A stretch of 64,000 nt of DNA from Macrostomum lignano (lineage: Eukaryota): positions 110,492-174,491 of the forward strand of contig NIVC01000949.1 of the NCBI GenBank assembly GCA_002269645.1, given 5' to 3'. A program made the translations under genes and the position numbers. The notes below the pieces were generated by a model. The model had not been told where the DNA came from. It saw nothing but the letters and a program-made list of their open reading frames with translations, and did not search any database. The first letter of the stretch is position 1. Each line of letters begins with the position of its first letter. This document shows, one piece after another, positions 54,372 through 64,000 of the stretch.

Positions 54372-54489
54372 TCCCTTCAAGAAATTCTGCGACCGTCCCA
54401 GAAATGCACAAAATCTTGTGGTCTTCAGTGCCAGTCTTTATTGATCTTGTGGCTTCGAACTTTACATAAAAAATCTCCCGGATGTCACT

Positions 54490-54950
54490 TGTCTGGGGTC
54501 TTCATGACGTCACATGTCTGGGGACTTCAGGATGTCACATGTTATAGGGTCATCAGGACGTCACATGTCTGGGGTCTTCAGGACGTCACATGTCTGGGGT
54601 CTTCAGGACGTCACATGTCTGGAGTCTTCAGGACGTCACATGTCTGGGGTCTTCAGGACGTCACATGTCTGGGGTCTTCAGGACGTCACATGTCTGGGGT
54701 CTTCAGGACGTCATATGTCTGGGGTCTTCAAGACGTCACATGTCTGAGGTCTTCAGGACGTCACTTGTCTGGGGACTTCAGGATGTCACATGTTATAGGG
54801 TCTTCAGGATGTCACATGTCTGGGGTCTTCAGGACGCCTCATGTCTGGGGTCTTCAGGATGTCACATGTCTAGGGTCTTCAGGACGTCGCATGTCTAGGG
54901 TATTCAGGGCGTTAGGACATCTTGGGGTCTTCAGGATGTCACATATTGAC
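54490..54950. repeat. 25-bp minisatellite (GTCACATGTCTGGGGTCTTCAGGAC)
   Basis: Period 25. Confidence 0.93.
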
Positions 54951-55298
54951 CCTTCATCTTAATTTGATTCTTTGATCGGGTAAGTCCTTGGAATTTCTTA
55001 AGCTCATTGACACTCTACTGTCGGTAGTCTAAAAAACACTCTACTGTCGGTAGTCTAAAAAACATGGACTAGAAACCGTTTTAAAGTAAATGCTAAAGTA
55101 AAAGTTTTATCTTAAATAAAACGGATGTGAAGTAGAACTCGTATATTTAGCAAGTCTATCTTAACAAAGCATATTGATTTTGCTTGCGTTAATTTTGGGA
55201 TTTTGTTTGATTTTGAGAAAGTCCCACTCGTGATCGTGAAGATCGCGAAGTACGCTCGTGCACTACTCCGTGTCAGAGACCCAAACCTGCACTGATTA

Positions 55299-58200
55299 TC
55301 AAAAGACGCAGTCCTTCGGCTGGCTGAGCCCCAGTCGAATCCAAGCCACTTCGACTAGCAGAATGATCAGCCCAAGACCATAGAAGCAGCCAGTCAGCAC
55401 GAGTCCTCCAACAACGTGATTGAGTCCAATGGAACTCGCGGTCGAAGCTGCGCTGCCTTTGCTGCTACTGGCGCAAGCTGAAGTAACATTTTCCGATCGC
55501 ATGTAGGTCCAAAATAGTCGCTGCATCGCTCCCGTCTCGTGCAGCTTCTGCAAGCTTAATTAAAGAATTATCAGTTGTTACAATGCGTCATTGTGTTAAT
55601 TTATAACTTTGTCAGTAGACTTGTATTTTAAGAAAAGTATATTTGTATTTTACGTATTGTGGTTTGTACTTTAAGAACACTAGCTTTGTACTTTTAAAAT
55701 TTTCGGTACTTTTCAGACTTGTACTTTTAGGATTGTACTTTTAGAATTGTGTAGGTTTGCACTTGAGGAATTGCAGGTTTGTACTTGAAAAACTACATGT
55801 TTGTACTTTTTAGACTTGTAGGATTGTACTTTTAGAATTGTACTTTAGCAACTATAAGTTTGTACTTGATGGATTTTAGACTTGTACAAATTATTAGTTT
55901 ATCGGAGTTTAGGAACGATGGTATTAAGTTTTGATACATTAGATTTTTCGTTCAAGGAGTTTAGATTTGTACTTTAAGAAGTGTAGAATTGTACTTTCAA
56001 GATTGTAGATTTATGGTTTATTGAGTGTTTATTATCACATTTATCGTTCGAACTCTTTTAGCGTACTAGAAATCCATGACGTCTGCGTACAAGGCATCCT
56101 TTGGATACATGAATGCCACGGTGGCTGTGTTAAAATGCTCCTTGGCAATATAGTACTCCTTGCACTTTTCGTTGGCAATCGGCAGCAGGAAGCTGTAGTC
56201 GTTGATGCAGGCTCGGTGACCCTCGGATACCTGCAAAGTTCCAAAACTTCCTAGGCAAAAAATTCCGCATCGCATTGAAATTGTATGAAGTGTGAGCTCG
56301 CTAAAGTGATAGGCAAGACTTTTCGACTTCGGGAAGTTTCGAGTTTGTGAAGATTCGAGCGTGCGATCTGTGTACACATGGCCTGGCTCACAATACCCGA
56401 TTAGCACACACGCCCAAGCACTCACCCCGTCGAGACAGTGTCCCAGCGGCACTGTAACCATTGTCTCGGCCAACTGTTTGTACATTCCATCTGGCGCCTG
56501 ACTAAACATGGTGTACAGATTCGAGTCTAGGACCACATTAGGTAAGATTGACGACTGAGCTAGCAGATCTTCCAGCGACCGTATGGGCAGATTTTCGGTG
56601 TGGACCGTCAGGAAGGCAGTCAGGTTGGCTGTCTCAGGAAAAGGCAGCGAAAAAGTAGGTTGGGTTTTGAATTCCATGTATATTATTGAATATAGTAGAA
56701 ATTCACGAAAATCTAAATTCAATGAAGCACCTAAAGAAGCTACATAATAAATTGCCTTTAACACGGACTCACCCGTGTAGGCGCTGTAGACTATCACGGT
56801 AAACATCCACCAAAATGCCATGACAGTGCGGGCTGACATTGCGAACGGAAAGAAATCCTGACCCTGCTGCAGAAAGCTGCCCACGATGCTCCACAGGTAC
56901 TCCTGCACGCGAACCTCGTCAGCGATGGAATACTGCAGGCCGAGGTTGTAAGCAGAGAATGGCGAAAAATACGACAGGCACCAAGCGACGACTGAACTCA
57001 TGACGACAAACGCAACCAGCGTTAGCCAAACGTACGGATGAAACGACTCAAAAACGCTAACAAGGTCCGGAGCAGAGACTGGTCGGGGTAACAAAATGCA
57101 AGTCGACTCTTCGAACAAGGACATGGAGAAGTCTATTACTCGTTCTCGAACTGTTGTCCTGGTGAACGGGCCAGCGGCGAGAGTGACTGCCTGTCGTTAA
57201 AAAAATTGGATAAAAATTGGTCAGTTAAACTGATTTCATCAGTAGGTTGTAGTTACCAACAGCCGGCACTTATGTGGACTGAAACCGATATTGCAGAAAT
57301 TTTCTAAGGTCCTACATTTTGTTCTACGGTGAAAATCCGGTACTTTAGCGGTTTCTGCTACCTACAGACTAAACTCTAATTGGGAACATCGTCAAAAAGG
57401 AGAATCTTTCACAGCCCTGAAACTTCATATCCGTTAAAAACTCTTACTAGTCACTTTCGCCAGCTCACAACCCAAAGTATTTCGACAATGTGAAATTTCC
57501 AGCTTGGGAAAGTGACTCCTTTGGTGGTTTTTCTCTACCTACATTCTCTACATGGATGATTTTCCGACTTTACGCTGCCTACACTCGATTTTGCATCATC
57601 GACGCAACAGCCAGTGCCTAACAGCCGTACGCACTGGACTAACCAGCCAGCTATACTCGTACTCACCCCTCTCTGCAGCTCCCCTACGCAGCCAGAGTAG
57701 ACAGTTGAATTTAGCATCGGAGCGCCGAACTCCCCGTCGGCTGGTTGTTTGATGACGTAGCTAAAAAACAAAATTTACTTTCGTTTAGTTTTGCTACTTT
57801 CAGTAGTACACAGTTCTCGTTAGTTTTAAAGCAATACTCCTCACCGAAATTCCATTTTCTCAGCTAGGAAGTTAAGTACGTCCATTATAAATCCTTTGAT
57901 TTGCACCGTGTTGTTTGCGGATCTAGACACGTAGCTCGTCAGTGGTACTTGCTGCAACAAAAAATAATGCATGCTCATATTTTGTTAGTTCATTAATGTG
58001 CAACAGTGAGATGCCTACCTCCGGTGCGCAAATGGTGATGGTCTCGTTCTTGAAGCCCAGAAAGGTGTTGGGGAAGACCAGCTGCTCAGACCGGTAGCTG
58101 AACAGTTTGCTCAGCTCACCGCTGGACACGTCGAACGCGGCTGATCGAAGGAACTCCAGCGGTGAGGACTTCAACTTGTTGTAAGAAGCGACCAGCTCCA

Positions 58201-61200
58201 GACCCTGCGAGTCGAGGTGTCTGGTGCTGGCGTTGAAGGACGTTCGACCTCTCAGCTGTGGGATGGCGAACAGGTATGAGTAGGCATTTGACTCGACTAT
58301 TCAGTTCTGTTAATCTAGCGAAGCTTCAATCTTCCTTGCTAGCTCACAGCGATCAGTTGAGCCATCACGAAGCTACCGTGCCTCCAGGGTTGCAGAGGCA
58401 GACAGGAGGCATTGCTGGGCTGGAATCCGGGCAACAGCAGCGACTGATTCAGCGCGGCAGATACAGCTTCCAAAACTTTTACAAATTGAACGTCCAAGGT
58501 CTGCGGGGAGAGATGCGTTGATTCTATGTCCTTGCTTTTAATGGCACTGTTATACTCGATACTATTAGTATCAAATGCTATTTGAATAAAACTTTCATTC
58601 ACTTTTGGACTGGTTTCTCCTTGGCTTAAAATAGTGAGCTGTGGAGAGTGAGCTAACGTCCTTTTTTGTGGGTAGGCCTCAACAACTATAGCAGAATATC
58701 ACGAGCTGCCTTTGAAATTGAGCTTTGTCTGCGTTCTGGGGAAGTGACTTTGCAGGTTGAATAATGGAAGGTCTCACATCCTTGATGCAATCCTCAGGCA
58801 TCTCAGGCATCCTCAGCACTGCATCTCACATCCTTGATGCAATCCTCAGACACTTCTGTATCTCGCATCTTTGATGCAATCCTCAGACACTTCCGTATCT
58901 TACATCCTTGATGCAATCTTCAGACACTTCTGTATCTCACATCCTTGATGCAATCCTCAGACACTTCTGTATCTCACATCCTTGATGCAATCCTCAGACA
59001 TTACTGCATCTCACATCCTTGATGCAATCCTCAGACACTGCTGCATCCATAACGTCCATTGCCATCTCGAGTCCTTACTCCCAGCTCACCCGCAAGCTCC
59101 GGCCGTCTCCAACTTCAAGCAGGTCCGTGCAGGCGGTTGAGCACTCGGCCGTGGCTCCTCTGAGCAGCGCCACATTGGCGCCAGCCGAGGCGGCCAGCGA
59201 AGCCGCCAGCGGGCCCGTGGAGAGGCCGCCGCCGTCCAGCAGCAGCCAGAAATAATTCTGCCCGAGCACCGCCGCGTCGGCCGCACGTCGCAGCGTTTCG
59301 ATCGCGTTGGCCGGCGTTGCCAATAGCAACAGACGGCGGACTCGCTTGCGGACGAGGCTGCGCAGACGCGACGTCAGGTTGGAGGAGGCCGTAGCTGTTG
59401 AGTCGAGCTGCAGGGCGAAGCTGCCGACTCCAACTCGAGACAGGCGGGACTGCAGCCGCTCGAGCACTGCCTGATCTATATAGTGATGTTTTCGAACTGT
59501 TAATGACAGTACCGCATACAAAACTAGACAGCTAGTCCAACCTAGGACAGTCAACGTACTTTGTTCAGCGTCGTACAGTATCGCCGCGTAGCTTCCTGGC
59601 ACGCGGCGAATCGACTGCATCGTTGCTACCGCCGCTCTGACAAAATCCTCGGTCGATTGAGTACCGAAGATGGTGAAGCTTTCGCCTATTGTAATATTCA
59701 AATTGGGTTAATGTCTTTAAATTCAAATGTTTTTTGCGCAAATCAAGGGAGGGCTACTATAAAAGTTACAGTGAGATGGAAAATTACCTTTTTAGGTTCC
59801 TAACAGTAGAACTACAGGAGGGGGGGTAATTTCCCCTGAGTTTTTTGCAATGCAGCCACATGAAATTCCAGAACACTGACTAAATTTCTTTTGCGCACCT
59901 TCTCAAACAAGAATCAAGTCACCAGTCCTCAGGACCGTCGAGATATTCAATGATTCTGTCAAAAGGTTGGACTTTTCGTATAAGCGCTACTGAATTCAAT
60001 ACACCCGTAGCACTGAGCCTCAATGCGGCCTTACAAAGCCTTCATATTTCAAACCGCATGTGTCTGCATGCTTCAGCTCTGACTTCGTTGGTCACTGGCC
60101 TTCACTCAGGTGGAAATTCAAAAGGTGGCACTAAGTGACTATGGACATCCTGTTGCGAATTTCTCTAGTTTCGTTGTTCAAGCTTCAATAATGGGCAAAC
60201 CTCAACTGCTAGGTCTTCGTTCTCACTGCTTGTGTCAGTCATGTCTAAATGAAAATCTAAAGGTGAAACTATAGAGCCACAATGGACCAAACTGATGCTT
60301 GTTGGACCAGATTAACTGCTGCTGTGCCAGCCTTGTTACCATAGACGAAAGCTCCACTACTTTGGCAAAAATACCTTAGATTAAATTCAATGCGTGTACG
60401 CCCTAATGGGCTGCAAAATGCTATACTTTTTCAAACCTTTTTCTTGCTAGACTTGGACAAAGCATGCGCTTGCTTCAATTTGGAGTTCGAAAGTACGGAT
60501 CGGCGAGAAATTGAAAATTCAGAGCTAAAATACTGGAAACATTCTGTCTCACTAAACTTTTACTCGCGAAACCCGGCATCCAGCCAAATTATTGCGATTT
60601 TGCGAGAGAAGCGTCATTCTACGTCATGCTCCATACCGTAGCTTCCAGTGGTCCTTGGCACCAAACAACTGGATAGTTAAAGTTCTTGCGTTGACTCACC
60701 GCTCCAGTCGCAACCCAATTCGATTGGCAAAGCCAGCAGTGGAAGCTGCAGCGAGGTGGCCAGCGGGTTCAGCTGCTTCAGCAGGCGGCATCGGCCGGCT
60801 GAGATGATAGCGGCGAGACCTGACTCACTGCACACTTTTGGTGAATTTTTTATGCATTGCTGTAGAATTATGCTCTTTAGCTTAAAAAAAAACTTACGAC
60901 GACTCTTGAGCACATGACCATAATACTGTACACTGCTCACGCAGGGTGTACAAGCGTCCCCGACTTTCTAATCGTCAGGCATTTACACTCGCCTGTGCTT
61001 TGGGGGTTGGCCCTGATGATTGTGAACTACTGCGTGGCCCATCTGAAGGCTGCGGTACGACTGGTTAGTCCAAGGACGGGGGGTCGCCACACAAACCCTC
61101 AATTGCCCCAGCTGTCCCATGCTGGTCCTATTTTACAGCTGGGTGAACTGAAGCAATGCAGAGTTAAATATCTTGCTCAAGGACACAAATTGTTCCAAGT

Positions 61201-61660
61201 TGGTCGAGAATCGAACCCCCGACCTTTCATTGGTGAGTCCGACGCTCTAACCACAAGGCTTCAACCCCTCTCCCAAACTCTATAGCATGCATGTAATTAG
61301 ACCAGCCCATATCAGTGACCACTCACAAGATTTTACCGCCTCCAACCCGTCCGATGTTCGGACAGTTATCGCTCTGACCTCGTGACCCGTCAGCAGCCTC
61401 CAGTTCTCGTTGACGCGGCGTTGCACAGCCAAGTTGATCAGCGAGTCGCTCAGCAGGTCCAGCTCAGTTACTACGGCGATTTTCAAGACGAGGGTGTCAC
61501 CTAAGGGACCAGTTTACGACAAGATATAATTTGGTGATTTGAGTCGCCATAGCGATTTTTATCACAAATCTGTGTTACCTGAATGGCTGCCGTTCAGAAC
61601 AATTAGATGCACCAGCAGACACAGCAGACTAGTTGGAGTTAAGTTCGTCTGGGTAGGCAT
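55299..61660 (-). CDS. Ionotropic glutamate receptor-family subunit, non-NMDA (paralog B). Exons 61660-61579, 61500-61327, 60834-60700, 59685-59560, 59475-59090, 58500-58348, 58255-58019, 57951-57845, 57760-57667, 57190-56773, 56628-56426, 56230-56067, 55554-55299 (2535 nt, ~844 aa)
   Basis: Phase-consistent GT-AG junctions at positions homologous to paralog A. Signal peptide MPTQTNLTPTSLLCLLVHLIVLNGSHS; S1 FGAPMLNSTVYSGCVGELQRG and FTRTTVRERVIDFS; pore GSFLQQGQ; M3 YSAYTANLTAFLT; S2; M4. Confidence 0.9.
55690..56010. repeat. Degenerate T-rich repeat built on TTGTACTTT, iGluR-B last intron
   Basis: Recurrent TTGTACTTT motif with irregular spacing. Confidence 0.65.
58775..59040. repeat. 37-bp minisatellite shared with paralog A
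   Basis: Same unit as 45650-45905, at the homologous intronic position. Confidence 0.9.
60945..61272 (-). mobile_element. tRNA-derived SINE with a CORE-like central domain, in iGluR-B intron 2
   Basis: Minus strand: A-box TGGTTAGAGCG (61253-61243), B-box GGTTCGATTCT (61217-61207), then GTGTCCTTGAGCAAGATATTTAACTCTGCATTGCTTCAGTTCACCCAGCTGTAAAATAGG (61186-61127), which resembles the CORE domain of MIR-type SINEs. The 3' end and TSD are not resolved. Confidence 0.75.
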
Positions 61661-64000
61661 TAATGAGGCAAGTCAAAAGCCGCTGTATGTAAAATTAAAG
61701 CTGATGGCTTTACCCTGTCAGGCTTAAGTTTAAGTCTGTTTTAATAAGCCCAGCTCAGTTCTGCCCAAGGTACGCTCGTATGCGATTGGTTCTCGCTAGA
61801 GCATTGTCGGTATGTAGGTGAGCAACTTTCCGTGTACTAGTATAATCCCAATCCACTGAGTGTTTAGTGTTTATTCAACAATAAGGATTCAATGCAGTAA
61901 AGAGATCTACAGACAATCTTTGACGTTAACTGCGTACTTCATGAGGATGTTGTTGAGGCCGAGATTCTTTATGAGAATTTGGGAACTACATTAGCCTAAA
62001 CACCAAGGTACATCGGGCTGTTTTCTGTGTGCCTCTTCACAGTCTCCCCTCTAGTGTTGGCAATCAATCCATCTATGGGGGAATTTTGTTTATCTAACAA
62101 CCTGAGAGCGCCGATAGAATGGATTTCTCATATGCGCCGTCAGGACTGCGCAGTGCCTACACAACTGTATATGGCCCCCTGGCATTGCCCGGCCATGTTG
62201 ACATTGGGAATTCGGAATGAATCTAAGCTGCCCAATACAGGCTGGATTCCGCGATTCAACACTATGGAAATAGTAATTTGAACAGAATCCCTTTTGTTGA
62301 TCCTATATAGTAAATAATATTGTATCATATTTATAATATCATACTCTATAACACATATGCAAGTCTTCTCTTCAGATGAACACAGAGTAAGATGTACACA
62401 GAAACGTAAAATGTTACGCTTCATGTCCATACATAAAGTCCATGTGTGCATTAATAAAGCAATTTTTTTAGACGGATATAAATTTGTAAAGAAACGAAAT
62501 AGAGAGTATATTTATCTGAATGGCTTCTGAACCGTGGCTATTGTGACAGTGTGATTCGTAGAAGCGTGTATCGTATTTCTTTATTTTCATATGCATACCG
62601 TATTCTTTCATTTATTTTAACAATATTCGTACGTATTATTATCGCGCTATTTTTACTGTTAATTGCTTTGGTTTTGTAGCCTCGTATGTATTTATTCTAT
62701 TATTTGTATTTCATTCATATCGTTATTATTTCTCGTAAAGTAGTTCTACCTATGTACATGTACTGACGTATGTTATTCTTGCATGATATATTTATCGATT
62801 AATTTGTACATGTACATTGCGCGCCGCGTGGGGGGTTGTTTGTCTGGGTTTTGGATTAAGGGTGTTGTTGTTATCTGTTTACCTTTAAATATATGCTTAC
62901 ACTGCAGTCAGCAGCCGCTCTCGCCCTTCCCCTTGCTTCGCTTCTAGACCTAGGCTCGCTAACCCTTAGCTGTGACGCTGTCTGGCCTCCTTACACCAAC
63001 TCTTCCGCCGTCTACCTTGGCACACCAATTAGTTAATTAACTGATCCAGCAATTTTAAGTAGCACAAGCAAAAGTCTAAGGGTTGAAGCGGCTTGCCGAT
63101 CTGCTAACTAATCGTGAACTATCTAAATTAACCGCTACACAAATCCATCTTATTCGCCTTATTCGTCACACTATATCTCATTACATAAAAACTTTTAAAT
63201 ACGTTTAATTTATCCAGGAGAGTAAGGATCGTTGCTGTTTGTCACTCTGATCATAGCATTTCTCCTCGATCATTTACAGCTACCAACATATACTGCAAAG
63301 TTTACTGTTGTGTTAGCAACTATTAGAATAGCAGTATAGAATCCGCATGGTCATACAAAGTTTAATATTTATGTAGATAGATCATGTTCGCTTCATTTTC
63401 AGCAGTTTACAAATAAATTTTGACTCTTCATGAGCGGCTTGATCAATTTTTTAATTGAATTCATCTTATAACTAAAAGTCATAAGTTTTTCAGAAGGACT
63501 ATTGGAAATAGGTAATACATTTTCAGTCTGAGATGCATAGAAAAAACCTATGTTTTCATCGAATTCCAATTCGGTTTTGCATTACAAACCGAGTTATAAT
63601 TTCAAGCGTAAAAAACTGAGGCCGTTTTTTGCTTTTTTAAACATCTTTCGTTTCCTAATCATAATAATGAGGGGATACAGGAAGATCTATCCCCCGTATA
63701 ACCTCCAAGCTACGCTAACAACGCTATGTCGTCGTGGTATGCTTACAACTGGCTTAGAAATACAGTTTGACAGGCTTTTTTTCTAAAAAAAAGTTTGCGT
63801 AATCAATAAATTACGTTAAAAAAAGAATAGTTATATCCTTCTTAAAAACAAAATGCAGTGCTCAAGTAGAGAAACTGAATATGTTTTGTTTTACCCTAAG
63901 AACCTAAAAACTTATATATTTAATTTTTTCGATAAAAATATACTTAGAAATGGCTCTCTCGCGCTGACTTACTGTGAATGAAATACACCCAGTTGCTGAA

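Larger units (their letters stand above)
49089..54377 (-). mobile_element. Non-autonomous foldback-like TIR DNA element. Inverted arms are built of 160/161-bp tandem units (left 49089-49540, ~2.8 units; right 50431-54377, ~25 units) around an ~890-bp decayed transposase-like core
   Basis: Both outer ends begin at the same phase of the unit: left AAGGGGATGTCAACTTAAG, right reverse complement AAGGGAATGTCAACTTAAG. Direct repeat CAAGA at 49084-49088 and 54378-54382 is a candidate TSD (CAAGAAA if the left end is at 49091). Confidence 0.75.

Noticed and set aside
50775-54411. 516-aa and 730-aa minus-strand ORFs
   Set aside because: Produced by the 321-bp (3n) satellite dimer; pure 107-aa repeats that break wherever the A/B alternation slips.
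59030-59089. Coding-looking GLEMAMDVMDAAVSEDCIKD after the 386-nt exon in both iGluRs
   Set aside because: It lies behind an in-frame TAA and would need a 16-nt intron. The CGG|GTGAGC donor joins the next exon in phase, and its conservation is explained by the conversion tract.
61015-61035. CTGATGA suggesting another hammerhead within the SINE
   Set aside because: No stem II followed by GAAA.
61200-61272. Possible tRNA gene
   Set aside because: No convincing acceptor stem, and it continues into a CORE-like domain; interpreted as a SINE head.
62900-63040. Short frame ending AVYLGTPI, similar to a LINE RT YLG motif
   Set aside because: Only a three-residue motif with no other RT motifs.

Overview
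Eukaryotic (metazoan, GC-rich codon usage, very repeat-rich) genomic DNA. The style resembles a flatworm such as Macrostomum, but that is inference only. Four spliced protein-coding genes were reconstructed by hand from GT-AG junctions with consistent phases. (1) The 3' part of a CLASRP/SFRS16-like SR splicing factor (+, ~1574-10349). (2) A complete BCL11-family zinc-finger transcription factor (-, 35630-20855, 3 coding exons, ~919 aa). It keeps an N-terminal NuRD-type motif, ZF1 and the C-terminal triple finger, but has no central finger pair and no detectable CCHC finger. (3, 4) Two tandem, full-length non-NMDA ionotropic glutamate receptor-family paralogs (-, 48701-41200, 12 exons, ~836 aa; -, 61660-55299, 13 exons, ~844 aa). 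They are strongly diverged except for two near-identical internal blocks. Mobile elements: a 5'-truncated Penelope-like retroelement with a GIY-YIG remnant, ~425-bp inverted arms and two minimal hammerhead-ribozyme motifs, embedded in (GATA)n (36775-37812); a ~5.3-kb foldback-like DNA element whose inverted arms are tandem arrays of a 160/161-bp unit (about 2.8 vs 25 copies) around a decayed transposase-like core (49089-54377); and a tRNA-derived CORE-type SINE (~60945-61272). The rest is dominated by micro- and minisatellites, which generate most ORFs in the supplied track.
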